Assembly: GCA_030704615.1 (NCBI GenBank)
Contig: CM060733.1
Coordinates: forward strand, 9,672,001-9,736,000
Source: Takakia lepidozioides
Lineage: Eukaryota > Plantae > Bryophyta
Direction: 5' to 3'
Length of the DNA stretch: 64,000 bases
This document shows, in pieces, positions 25,001-37,622 of the stretch (position 1 is its first letter; each line of letters opens with the position of its first letter). Below the pieces are notes generated by a model that searched no databases, was not told the origin of the DNA, and saw only the letters and a list, made by a program, of their open reading frames with translations. The position numbers were made by a program, and so were the translations under genes.

Positions 25001-25372
25001 GGAAGATTAAAAAAAAAGAGTAGAAGCGTGAACTTACAGGGCCCTTCACTCAGCTCAGGCCAGCTTGGAGGGCCCAATGGAAGGTTGAAGGAACATTTTG
25101 AAGGATTGAGATCCGGATCATAGGGAAGGACTCGTCGACATGTACAAAAGGAAAGAACGGATATGCATTACAATGCAGAGGATACCACTTTTGAGTAAAT
25201 TTATACAGGGAATTGTCAACATCCCACTAGAGCTTGTAATAGTGAGTGGGAACTGAAGCAACAAGGTGGCCGGTAGTAAGAAGAGCTATGATACATCTAC
25301 CACCAAAACACATTCTATAGACAATCTACCATCAACCTCCCCAACATAGATCTATATTAATTATGTTGTTCC

Positions 25373-28300
25373 TCAACAGTCGTATGCACCAGGACCTGGT
25401 ATGTCGTTGATCGGAGGATTCCAACGTAATCCTTTTGTAAATCTTATGACGGGTGGGTTGACACATCTCGAATTTGCTTGTTTCCCCTGGTCCAGAAAAT
25501 AAACAGAATTGAGAAGACACAACGCAATATAACCACTACACCTCCCTCTGTGGACTACGTTGTTATGTACTCTTGAGTCTCAATCTCCAATGACAGTCCA
25601 ATGACAGTCCCACAGATCCACACTAGACCAACTCGATTTCTTGTTGGACGTGTGCGATGACTCTAGCAATGAAAAGATCAATTCATCTCCACACCCAGGT
25701 CCTCCCACGCCCTCACAAGGGTCATTCATAGCTACAGTTAGCACGGAATCTTGAATCCATCTCACGGACTGGACCAGTGGGTGAAAACCACATGAGCGCT
25801 GGGCCGATTACAGTGTGTTTTCCATGTGTGTTCACTGCATTTCTCTGTGTGACGGATGTCTTGCTAGATGATGGTCACCCATTCCTTAGGCCATGGAGGC
25901 GACCAGGTGGAAACACAAGTGTTAAGGGAATTAGGGGAATTAAGGGATTCTCCCTTAATTATCTGGCAAATCCAGGGCTAGCGGGCATATGTATGTTTGA
26001 CATGTAAGCATCAAGCACACATTTATGTGACAGAAGTTTGCTGCTAGAGTTCCTAGTTTTAAAGTGGAAAGCTCAGCGATAAAACCTCTCTCTCGGCAAG
26101 TCAAATGAGTATGTTATGGATGTTGAGAGGTAGAAGAGATATCAAAAACCTTGCAGACTTCTGGCCAGGAATTACCCCCAGTGACTCCTTGGAAGATGCA
26201 ATACACCAACACTCAGATGGTGGTCAGTGAAGTGATACTCACTATAGATGATACCGATTTGTACGCAGCAGGCCCTGGGGAGACCTCACCATAATGGGCT
26301 TTATCATGCTCCTTCGACAGAAATACCTTCATTCATACCATAATAGGTGCCCACAAAAACTGTTAGAAGTCTTGGAGAGTAAGACCTGCCAGCATTTGTG
26401 CTGGCAGGGCTCAATACAAGACACAGTGGCAAATACTTGAAAACAAGTAAAAACTTACCAAAAATTACTAGCAATCTCCATAGAAGTGCTAGGTATTTGA
26501 GCACAGACATTTGCTGAAAATGACAACCTACTCAGACTTACAAAAACAAAGGAAAAGAGGAGGGTAATACAGTCCACATTTTGCCTCCACCGATCACATC
26601 CTCAACCCTCTTGACTCAAATCCGTTTTTCAGGTCCCGAAAATGCACATATAGAGGCATGCAGACTTGCTCATTCTTCTCAGAAATCCCGAGTCTTAAGA
26701 TATGGCTTCCCTCTTGGATAGTTGTTTTATTCTTTCTTTCTTTCGTTTTTTTGTTGTTCTTTTTCATTCCATTTCATTTCCTCTACCACCTATATCACTT
26801 AGAAATCCTCCTGGCTTTAGCAACATGTCATTCCCCCTCTTGGGCTGTGTATACCATTGTCATCACAAAGCCAAGCTGCGGCACCCGTATGCTCTACATC
26901 CCTCATGATGGGGACACCGACTATGCTTCATTCCATTTGAACAAGCCGGATGATTGATGACCCCGATAGCCGCATAAAAAGAGGGAAATGAGGAATACCT
27001 TGTTCATTCTATCACGAGAGCACTGCGGAAAACTGAAGGCTGGGACTGTGGACTTTTGAGATTCCGTTTGCCTCCCTACTGATCCTCCTATCTTGTACTG
27101 CCCTGGTCCTGCGCAATCCAAATCAATCTTCACCTGTTTTATGCCCACCCAAATCGACATGATTCTAGTCAAATTAGTCTGTCCAAGGAGTCTAGCAGCC
27201 CAATGAACTGGAGCACTCTTGATTTCAATGAGTAAACCAGAAAAACCTCCACAATACAATACATTCATATGACATTTCAATGAGCCAGTATACAATCCAA
27301 GCAAATGTGAGGGTATCAGCACCTGGAATAAACGTTAAATAGTGTCTAATCTAGCATATGAGACACATACACACTCTCTAGGGAACATATATGCAGATCC
27401 AATGAGAAGAAACAAGTTGAATAACCTGGTCCCTCTGTCCCTTGGTAAAGTTGATGAGGGGGGCTGTTCGGTTCTTGGAGTGTAATTGAGGGCCAAAGGT
27501 AGTCTTTGCACCATAGACAGAGGGACCTGGTGATTGGGAACCTAATTTAGCCTTCCCCCCCATACACACCAAGTCTTATCAGCATGCATGCCAAATGTGA
27601 GGCATGGTGTCCCTACAGCCTTTGTGGAGTTTTGGTTTTTGGAGACAGTGACACAGTTATAACTCATGTCCTTAAGTGGCATCACACTACCATGCCAGAA
27701 CTACAAAGCAAGGAATTGTACAAAGGATTACGAAAGAAGTATGTGTCTTGAGCTGTGCTCAGTATGTAGCTTAGTTTTTTGAACCCTGTGTAGCACCTCA
27801 AAGGCAGTCTTCCTATGGCTCGAGAGACTCCATAAATAATGCTTCAGCAAGCATTCTTCTTATGCCAATCAAGGTCTCAGGTCTTCAAGGTAATGTGCTT
27901 ACATTCAAGGACAGGACTCCCTGTTTCTGGACATTCTATCCAGTAAGGCACTAGTCTTCATGAACTTGAAGTCACTTCTGCAGATTGATTGCTGCTTATG
28001 CTGTGGAGGGTTAAATAATAGTGCTACCTTCATGTTCATACTTTTCCACAAGATTTCAGAGAGTCTTAGGTTGGCCAGCTCAACGATGAATAAAGCCTGT
28101 GAGTCATTCTTCCATGCTAAACCAAGGTTACACAGGCATTTCACCTAAAAAGTGATGTACATCCTGTGTCAATAAAGAAGCAACAACGGTGTCCCTTGCT
28201 GGAGGGAGAAGTGGGGTGGGGGGGGGGGTTGGGGCAGGGGTGGCAGGCAGTGAGTACCTTGTCAAATTCAACACTCAGGTATACATTATTGGCTTGATCT

Positions 28301-29263
28301 CTGGTTCCTCTTGAAAACACGTATTTTTCCGGTGACTTCTTATATGAGATCACCTGTGCAAATAATCATAAAATTGGAAATGGAAGATGTTGTGCCAGGT
28401 CCAAAACTTGAAACACTACTATCTTACAATCATCTTTCACAATTTTGCAAAGTGCCCGACAAAATATGAGATGGAAGACAGTCGTACTTTCTGTCATCCT
28501 GCTCACCTGGTAGTACTCAGATAAGTTCCACAGTTCAAAAAGTAAAGCCTGAATTGCTTCTATGTAGCATTTGCCTCAAATCCAGAACAGATCACAAATT
28601 TGATCAAGCTTTTGAACTTGTAAAAGCACATTAAATCCTCCATTATTTGGAAACAGGGCTGTCAACATATGGGGCCACTCAGGGTACCCAGCTCCTGGGG
28701 GAGCTGCAGTAAGAAGCCGTTTGCCGCTCCCCACGGAGCAGCAGCTTTAGCTACGTGGCTCCCTTAGCAAAACACGACGGGGTGTCCATCTTGAATTTAA
28801 AAGAAATTGGCATTATATTGCTCAAGAAATCCAGTAGACTCCACTGTTTCACAGCTAGCAAAGAATCTCCGACACTCTAATTTCCTACACATCTATTGAC
28901 ACCCACAATTTGCTAGAAAGAAAAAAGCTTAAAAACCCACATCCTCTTATTTGACCATCTTTGTTCGCATGCAGTTTCAAGTTCCAATAATCTACAAAGT
29001 CACCAATATATAACAAGTACAAGAAACAAGGAGACAAACCATAATCTCATCTGAAAAATACCTGCGGACCAAAAGAAGATTTTTGGTTGTCATAGGCTCC
29101 GGGTCCTGGCTCAGCATCAGGTTTTCTCTGCACAGAATGGCATTAGGGGGATACAATCGATCAGTTCGAAACAAAAAAAAAAGAGAAACTTAAGGAAGTT
29201 CACTGTGAGCTCAGAGAAAAGGGACCAGAACACCTGGGCCCCAACAGTCCACAGTGAAACCAT
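25373..29263 (-). CDS. Sperm-tail PG-rich repeat (SHIPPO/ODF3-like) axonemal protein, 216 aa, 7 exons
   Basis: Exons 29263-29234, 29127-29062, 28353-28258, 27551-27426, 27133-26999, 26326-26243, 25486-25373, all GT-AG and phase 0, give MVSLWTVGAQRKPDAEPGPGAYDNQKSSFGPQVISYKKSPEKYVFSRGTRDQANNVYLSVEFDKAKLGSQSPGPSVYGAKTTFGPQLHSKNRTAPLINFTKGQRDQVKIDLDCAGPGQYKIGGSVGRQTESQKSTVPAFSFPQCSRDRMNKVFLSKEHDKAHYGEVSPGPAAYKSVSSIGKQANSRCVNPPVIRFTKGLRWNPPINDIPGPGAYDC*, with five PGP(G)xY-type motifs. The first exon and start codon are the least certain part. Confidence 0.85.
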
Positions 29264-29786
29264 ACAATCACTACAAAAATTTTGAGGGATTCTCTTAAGT
29301 TGGCAAGCCGTGTGCCAAGGAACTTTTAATCCTCATAGAAGAAGAAGCGAAAGAGAATGAGAAAAAGAAAAGAAATGAGAAACGAGAAAGAGAGAGGGGC
29401 CACAAACAGCCCAAAAGCAACTAAAGCTCAAGGGATTGTCAGCGAGTTAATGCTTCATCAAGGTATGCTGCCAGGCATTTCTGATCCTCGTAATGGCAGA
29501 CCTCTGTGGTATCCCGGAATAGACATTGAATATCCCACGGATCTCTTAGCATAAGGGGCAGTGGAAGAAGTTATGTTCTTCTCTTTCTGTTTCCCTGTAG
29601 ATCCCAGCGCAAGCGGGCCATAGTCAGTTTTCAAGATACAGATTTTTCCCACCTACCAGTCTCTATCCGCAGACTGCGGAAGCCCACCCTGAACCTCCCC
29701 AGTGCCTTTAGAAGAGAGGGAGATAGAGCTGCAGACAGGTAATTAGGCCACAAGATCCCATCATCACGTAGAACCAGTCTCCCAAT

Positions 29787-30445
29787 AGATTGTACTCATA
29801 AGACGTTGTTTGCCGTAGCCTTGTGGCCATTGACCCCGCGCCCAGTTTGAGCGGGAACAAAAGGGACAGAACCTACCTCTGTCAGGGGCTGACGTTGGTA
29901 GTAAGACTTACCTCCATATATAGAATTAATCCGGGTTTTCCAGATATCCTCTAGAAATCCCTTCACACAAGCATCAATCTGCTGTGTGTGATTTGCCCAA
30001 AAACTAGGCCTCAGGAGGGCCTGGGCTTTTGGCTCAGCCTCGAGACTTTCAAAGTTGGTAAACAGGGGTACAGGCACAATACCCTTAAGAGATTTGAAGA
30101 GAGCGTCTCTTTGGTGAGAGAACCCCGGACAGTGTATCAGAAAATGAATACTGTCTTCAGATTGCCCACACAACGGGCAATTGCACTCTCCCTTTCCTCT
30201 CTGCTTCTGTTTGCTGTTCAAAGGTAGGCTTCCTGCCCTGAGTTTAAATTTCAGTCTAGTGCCGAGAGTGGGTAGACCCTTGAGGTCATCCAAGATGTCC
30301 TCCCCCGTGTCACAGACTGGAAACAAGTTCAGGGAAGTTTTCTGCCTAACTTCATTTTCATCAGACAATCTCATGGCAACAGACATGTCTCCCAATAGAA
30401 ATGCAGTTTTGTTGTTAGAGTGGCTGCTCCTACCCTGTGGAAGAG
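29787..30445 (-). mobile_element. 5'-truncated LINE: C-terminal part of ORF2 plus 3' end
   Basis: Open frame with KFKLRAGSLPL..CPLCGQSEDSIHFLIHCP (CCHC knuckle typical of the non-LTR RT C-terminus)..FLEDIWKTR; its 3' part recurs four more times in the window. Confidence 0.8.
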
Positions 30446-30564
30446 AGAGAAAAACTCTAGCATCACATAGGGCCAGGAAGGTCATGGTAGAGCTGCAGCT
30501 TTGTTATACTGTTCGAGAAACTTTTACATTTGCAGGAAGCCAAAGGAGAAGTAGAGAAAGAAGC

Positions 30565-30833
30565 CGTTTGTCATAGCCTTGTGGCCATACACCCTGCGCG
30601 CAGTTTGAGGAACAAGAGGGAACAGACACAACCTTTGTGAGGGGCTCACTTACCTTGGTATAAACAATTGGTTCGGGCTTCCCAGATTTCCTCTAGCACT
30701 CCCTACACATAAACATAAAATCCAAGAGCTGCCCAACAATTAGACCTTGACAAGGCCAGGGCTTTAGGCTCAGACTCGAGGTTTTGAAAGTTCGTGAACA
30801 GAGGTGCAGGGAAGATGTCCTTAATGGAAAGAA
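30565..30833 (-). mobile_element. Second, more diverged LINE 3' fragment
   Basis: Encodes IFPAPLFTNFQNLESEPKALAL, matching IVPVPLFTNFESLEAEPKAQAL in the adjacent copy. Confidence 0.75.
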
Positions 30834-30869
30834 AGAAACAGAAAGAAATGTCCAAACGTCCATGAGGAG

Positions 30870-31145
30870 GGAGAGAAATGAAATGAATGAAATGGAACTT
30901 TATAACGTCCACAAAAAGCTCAAAGAGCTTATGGGACAAAAGAAAAGCAAGAAACAAGAAAGAATAGAAGACAAAAGTGTGAGAGAGAAATGAAATGAAA
31001 TGGGTGATTTATAACGTCCGCGGAAAGCTCATAGAGCTTATGGGACAAAATGGAAGAAAACATGAAAGAGGGAACAAAACCAGAGCCAAGAATAAAAACT
31101 ATTGAGAGAAATGAAATGAAATGAAATGAAATGGTGCTTTATAAC
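30870..31145 (-). repeat. Two to three head-to-tail copies of the ~115-bp (CATTT)n-tailed retro-element end
   Basis: Repeated GAAATGAAATG..TTATAACGTCC..AAAGCTCA.AGAGCTTATGGGACAAAA units. Confidence 0.75.
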
Positions 31146-31179
31146 AAGAGAGAGAGTAAGATTTTTAATACACAGACAC

Positions 31180-32540
31180 TCAACAACAATACCAGGTATA
31201 CCAGCTACGAAAACATACTTTTTTCCATCGACTGGCACTACCAATTTTGATTTCAGGTGGAGACTCGCACTGCGAGGTGGGTTGTTTTCCAAACGATGAC
31301 ATCACATCATAGGTAGGACCTGTCAGCAATCCGTGATGCATCTCACATTTAAATGTTGGTCCCAATGCAATAGTAAATGCACTTAGGATTGAGTAAGCCA
31401 CAGAGGGGAAGAGAAAAAAGACTACAACGTCCTTCTGGACAAAGTAGAGCAATAAGAAAATCATATCAGAAAACTATGCCGACAGAAGAAGTGCCCTATG
31501 CAGGTGGGCTGCAAGGCACAGGGCAGCAGGTGGGGGAATAAACAGAGACGAAAAAGAAAGGGAAAAAGATTGTGAAGAGCTGACAAATGAAGCCAATAGT
31601 AACTTGGAATGGCTTGGTATAATAATAGTTCATGCCTGAGGATGAGGCAGAGAAGAAGAATACCAGGGCTGAAGTTTCCTGGCTTTTTCTTTGCCATTGC
31701 TGCACTAACATAAATCTGCATCCATGGAGTCAAACCCTCCCTTAGATTGACTTTACCACCCTTGAGATTGTTATAATCATGTACATTCGCGGTGTTATCA
31801 TACTCTATATCATTATTTCCATTGGCCATGCACATGACGTGACTTCATATTTGACATCATCTGTTGTGCAAAGAAGTACACCTTGGACCGAACTTCAACA
31901 AACTTCTGATGAACTAGATTTTCACCAAGGTCCTTGTCTTCTATGAGTATGAACAAGAAATCTTAAAAACAATGTGTATTTTGTATTTTGTGCTAGACAC
32001 CATGTTGATCGATGCAACGGAGCCATAAACAGTAAATGGAAGTGACGCCTTGAGCTTCCCAGTTTTCCCAATTACCAATTTCCTAAGCATCAGCAAAGGA
32101 TGTTACAGCCTGTACTACACTGAACCTCTGCTTGTGAAACTGGTGTGGTTTCTTGTGTCAACTTACTAGTCAAGTTGGACAAGCTCATTGTCTTGGATCA
32201 CACAAGATGGTTTCATAAGCTCTTTAATTTTCTAAGCAGCCCCAAAGGGTGTCAGAGCTTGTACTGAACACAACCCTCTGCTCGCAAAACTGGCTTGGTT
32301 TGCTGTACAACTAGTTTGCGGACATCTTTCCACAATTGGTTAGTGGTCTAGAATGATCACACAAGATGGTGCTATGCATATTGTAATCCCATCGATGCTT
32401 TGTGCTGATGCAAGCCTCAAGATGACAACATCAATAAAACTATTCCTGATCCTCTTACAATCAAAGTAAATCTCATTGTGATGAGACTCAAACCTTGGCC
32501 TGATCATCTCGAGTAGAAGACCCAAATCCAAATGAAGGTG
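31180..32540 (-). pseudogene. Decayed membrane-protein gene, possibly ankyrin-repeat plus PGG/transmembrane type
   Basis: Consecutive frameshifted hydrophobic ORF pieces (31180-31835) preceded by a diverged ~150-bp internal duplication (about 32080-32210 and 32230-32370) reading DVRKLVVQQTKPVLRAEG.., loosely ankyrin-like. The family assignment is weak. Confidence 0.3.
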
Positions 32541-34810
32541 CAGTTACCCTCTTTGACAATGCCTGCTCATTTACCCATACAAATGGTCAGTGATACTTTT
32601 CATGAATTTGAAAACTCTCCACAGCTCAGGTCTGTATGGCTTTTTGGTTGAGTGTATTGTCTGGGGGGCAGGGGCAGGATTGTGCAGAATCATGACAACG
32701 ATCAAAACCTTTTTCAAGATAAAGAAACTAAGCACAAATTAAGTGGATAATAAGAAGGGCTGAGAAGAATTACTAGTGAATTATAACCAACACAAAAATT
32801 GCTCCAATCTCACATCCATAGCATGTTACCATCTATAAGAACTCTCGGTGTACTGTTCCATATGCAGTGATTACAAGCACTCAGGGATGCTTCTTTCGTT
32901 TCCAATCACAGCACATAGGCACAATATATTAATAGGGAGTGGAGCTTGAAGCTCCCTAGTATAGGAAATTTGTAGAGGACTAAGGCAAGAAGCCTGGTTC
33001 ATTGTGGCCTTGAGGCCTTGTTGAATTTGATCTTCACCTAGTTCCATTACATAGTTTTCCTCTTGCTTCATGTGTAGTTGCTTTGTTAGTCTCATATTGA
33101 AATCAAGAGCTGTAATGTCATGAACTTAGTGCCAAACCGACAGCAAAACCATTCCATCCTTCCTGTCCGGCTAAATCTCAGCTCACATAGAGCTCAGTCA
33201 ATAGACCAAAATAGAATGTGCTCGAACAGCCAACACCTATTGATTTCTTACAGATGATGCTTGCAATATCCAACTACGTAAACTGAGTCCATTGGAAAGA
33301 CGGAGATCAGAAACAAATACGGAGCTTAATCATGCGGCAGCACTGACCTGTGGTCCAAAAGTGGATTTAGTAGTGCGGCGATGTCCCCTGGGCGGCTGCC
33401 AGTTTCTGTCTAATTGAAACGCTTCAGTCACAGGTACGCGGCCTGCTTTAATTCTAGGACGATCGCCCTTCATCTTTAAAAAATGTTACCCTGCCCTCTT
33501 GTTACCAGCTTGGAAGGGTCTCATTCTCTTTAGCCCCACCAACTCTACATCTCCCACCAAACCACTGCCACCCAGTCTCCATGAGAGAGATCTTCGGGCC
33601 TCCACACTCAACCAGTGTGATCAGTAATTATACAGCCAAGAAAAATCTGAGGAAATCGAACAGCACAATGCTGACGTCTTCGCTATCGTACACAAAACTG
33701 CTCAAAAACGTATTCCCAGAACGTCACGAGTCACAACCACACCACCATGAAACGTCTATCCAGTTAGGGCCTCTGCCGATCTCACTCAAGAGTCAGACAG
33801 GGCGACCGCCATTGCCTAGACCACCACCGGTCGAAGCCGAGACTTGTCAGGCGACCAGCAGCTGGGGGTGGGCAAATGTCACGCGAAGTGCTGGTCGTTG
33901 AAATCTAGGTCTTAGTCAGAATCCGTTATAAGACATGGATGTTGTTGACTGTGGAGCTCATTTCTTAGGGTTCACTACGGTTGCTCTCAAATCATACACG
34001 GAGGTGGTCATTGTTGAACTTCTGCCTGGTGGGCATTCTTGGGTGGGTCAGATATCATCAGTGCGGACCAAGTGGGATATTAATGAGCTGAAAGTTGCAC
34101 TCCAACTCAACGTTTGGAAGTATAGTTGACTGTGAGATCCTTCTCTTCGCCTCTTTATTTCTCTCTCTCAGAACTCAATTGTCTTTCAGAGCACTTGGAC
34201 TTTGGTGCATTGTGGGTCTTGTTACTCAGGACCCTGCCTGGGTCACTGTCCACAGTCGAGTGGCCATCTGTGTCTCGTTTAACCCAATCTTCGCTATAGG
34301 ATTGATATTGTAGCTACGATATCTTGAATTTTTAACTCTTCTTCCTCTTCTGTTGCTTACGTATATGATGCACTCAAAGGGAGAGCAACCTGTCCATGTC
34401 GCCAATACATACTGCACTCTAGTCTGTGGTCGGATGGTCGGAATTGGGTTGATTTTATGATAAATTGGTCCAGCAGCACCAAAGGGCTGTCTAGAGTGAC
34501 CCAAATGTTAAGAATTTGTGCATCTTTCTTCCCCAATCCATTGAATGACATGAGGTTTGCAACAAACTTTGAGCTACATTGGAAGGACCCTTGCCAGAGC
34601 CCCTTGCCAATGTGCATCATACGAGTTTCTTAGTATTGTAGCAATTTCATTTCTTCAAAGAAGGTTTCAGTGCACATCATGCAATTTTCATAGTATTGTA
34701 GCATTCCATCTGTCGACAGAAGCTTTGGATCAGTGAAGCAGGTCACGACGAAGGCATCTCTGACCACATCTTCACCAGATATTGTGTGATGAATAGGGGA
34801 AAGTGCAGGC

Positions 34811-37019
34811 ATGGCCGGACTGGCGCTGCGCAACGTATTTGTCTATGGGACGTTGCTTGCTCCGGAGGTTGTGTCTGCTCTCATCCATCGGAGCCCTCCT
34901 TCTTCTGTGGCTTTTGTTCCTGACTAGTAAGTTTCCTCGCCAGTTTCCTCTCTCTCTCCCTCTCTGCTGCCCAAACTGGGCGCAGGGTCCATGGCCACAA
35001 GGCTATGGCAACGTCTCATAAGTACATTCTCCCTCTATCTGCTCCTTAAGGCCCTGGCCCTGTTGGGGTCTAACTGCTGGGCAGCTCACACGTTAGATGC
35101 TTGTGTGAAGGGCTTTCTAGAGGAAATCTGTAAAGCCCAAACTTATATCAAGGTAAGTCCCAATGGAGTGAGCTAATCTCAAAGGTAGTGTCTGTTCCCT
35201 CTTATTCTGGCCAAACTAGGCGCGGGATCTATGGCTACGGCAAACGTCTTATAAGTATGTTCTCTGCTCTGCATGAACTCAATGACAGTGCCTTTGAATC
35301 ATCCATCTATCTGCAATATTAATTTTAAGTAGGAAGGGCTGGATGTATGGCAGTCATCGACACAGCATCAAGGACTGCGTCTACCCTGCTATTGTGCCAG
35401 CTATAGGAGACAAAGTGTTTGGCAAGGTGGCTTCCTAATCTGCCTCAAGTGTCACTTTGTGTATTCACAGTTGGGATCCCTTCACTGCCCTTTCGACTTG
35501 TGCATGTATGCTTCCAAATGGTTATGCTGAGTGACCATTGAGGTGGAAGTGTTAAATTTCTTTCTTGCTCTCGCATTGCCAATCATCAAGGGCTCCGGAT
35601 GAGTTACATGACAATCTCATGAGCTGATTCACAACCTGGTTTTATGAACCACTTCGAAGAGGGTTAGTATGTGTTGTGTATTATGTTTTTCCTTGATTGC
35701 AGCAAGGATGGATAAAAGGCCACAATGTGCACAGGCAGTGATTGCATGATTCTCTTCTCGTCTTGACCCTCACCTGGACACTAACATAGGAAAGTGAAAA
35801 GCTAATTCAAGGAGGAGTGTGGAGCAGGTACTACATGATTTGACTGAACATGAGCTGGCAGTGCTGGACGAGTTTGAGGACATTGAATACTCCAGGGTGG
35901 TTGTGAAATCCTTTGTTTTGGTATCGATAAACCTTTGGATGCTGCACTTAGTCTAGATTATGTCATGAATCTGTCTTTATGTTTAAGTTCATTTATTCGT
36001 AGTCAATTAGCTGGCCAACATTTGATGGCTATCCCTTACTGGAAGCTAATCTAGGCTGTTCATACTTGCTTGAATCTTTTAGTTTGAATGTTGCAACATC
36101 TGGACCTCAGTGGAACCACTAGGAAAGTTTTAGTGTTTGGCAATGACATGCACAAACAGCATCTGGATACTTATGTCCTAGCAAAGTACAGCATGATTAC
36201 AAGGAACTTTGTGTGGAAAATGATTGTGTAAACTTTCAAAATCTTCTCAACAGGATGATTCTGCAGAGCAAATAGCTAGTGCCACGGAGGAAGTTGGCAG
36301 CCCAGTGCAAGCGTACATATATGTATGGGCCACACTCAATGATGAGCGACTTTATGGGGAGTGGGATTATGAGGTACTTTTCCCTATACTTTTTCACTAC
36401 AGAATATACTCATGCCAACCACTACAGAGTCTGGGATAAGCACTATGGGATACTGCCTACCTTGTAATGTGTCCACCCCTCTTTTACCCCTCTTCTGATG
36501 TGGACCATGGAATTTCTAACTACACACTACCATACAACTTTGTTCCCCACCTCCATGTCTATTATAACTTGAAGAATGTCCATGTTGTGCATGGAAGTGG
36601 TCAGCATTCTGACATGGCAGTAGGTTGGGCATAGGTGTGGAGAGAAAAATACCTTGCCAGCTTTTTGGCTCAGTATTGACTGGTGGCAGAAACCCTCAGA
36701 ACTTGGGATTGTTCTTGTATAGCTTGATGTGGATCACTCCTACATAAATGGCTATGATGTCCACCTGCATATAGTGATGAGGAATGTCATCATCATATGA
36801 TGAGTATAACGGATTTGTACTTTTCAGTTTCAGCATGCTTCACTTGCATGAATATGAGCAAAAAAGGTGTGGGCACCCCTGAAGACTGGTTTGCTTGTTG
36901 ACAAAAATTCGTAGGAATGGAGAAGGGTTCATTTGGAGGACTACACAAAAATGTGTAAAGCATTGGAGGCCAAGTTGAGCAAGCTATGGCATCGCAAGGA
37001 GATAGGCGAGCCCTTATGA
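34811..37019 (+). CDS. AIG2-like (gamma-glutamylcyclotransferase-fold) protein, 168 aa, 5 exons
   Basis: Exons 34811-34926, 35354-35426, 35828-35920, 36254-36373, 36915-37019: NVFVYGTLLAPEVV..YHRHSIKDCVYPAIVP..VFGKVLHDLTEHELAVLDEFEDIEYSR..YIYVWA..LYGEWDYEEWRRVHLEDY. Confidence 0.92.
34968..35262 (+). mobile_element. Two LINE 3' fragments in AIG2 intron 1
   Basis: GATGCTTGTGTGAAGGGCTTTCTAGAGGAAATCTG and AAACTGGGCGC..GGCAACGTC..ATAAGTACA match the element at 29787-30445. Confidence 0.75.
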
Positions 37020-37622
37020 TTACAAGGGTCATCTCTGTGGGCATGAGCTCAGTAAAGTGCCCTGAAACAGGACAAATTCTTTGGTGTGCACTTAAAGTGA
37101 AGATTCTAACCATGTCCTTGTCAATATTCTCTGCACCATTCATGTTCTCTAGACAGAGCTTCAAAATCCAAAATTCTTCGAAAAGGACAGATAGGGGACT
37201 GTCAACCCTATAGTGATTTGCTTGAGGCAGCAAGAGAGTATGGACACATTTAGTTGGAACTGTTTCTATAATTGTATTGCATATAGGACAAAAGCGGATA
37301 AGCAAATGATATTAATTAAAGTTGTATTGTGATCATGCCCATGATGTCCTCCTTTGGAAGGTTTGGCCTCTTTTCACTATGCAACTTAAGAATGTGGAAG
37401 AATGTTATGCATTCGCTTATCACAAAATGAATTCAAGTGCTGCAAGAAAGGTGCAATCCTCTCTTCCAACTAAATGTGACCCACATCTAGTGAGTTTCCA
37501 AGCACACCAAGGGAATTGAGGCTTTTTGTCAGACTTTGTAATTCTTTTCTTCTGCTCCCTGGCTAATAATTCAACTGACAGAAGTGTCAGCAGAGTTATT
37601 AACAATGCTTATGTTGCTTATT

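Noticed and set aside
25120-25160. AT-AC (U12) intron acceptor at TTTTGTAC|ATGT
   Set aside because: No U12 branch site or ATATCC donor found; a mutated AG or chance is more likely.
25500-26200. Additional pseudo-exons in the last ODF3-like intron
   Set aside because: All frames contain stops, and exons 6 and 7 join cleanly without them.
34357-34833. Minus-strand ORF pair separated by one stop (DPKLLSTDGMLQYYEN..)
   Set aside because: Antisense to the AIG2 5' region, contains a local duplication, and has no recognisable motif.
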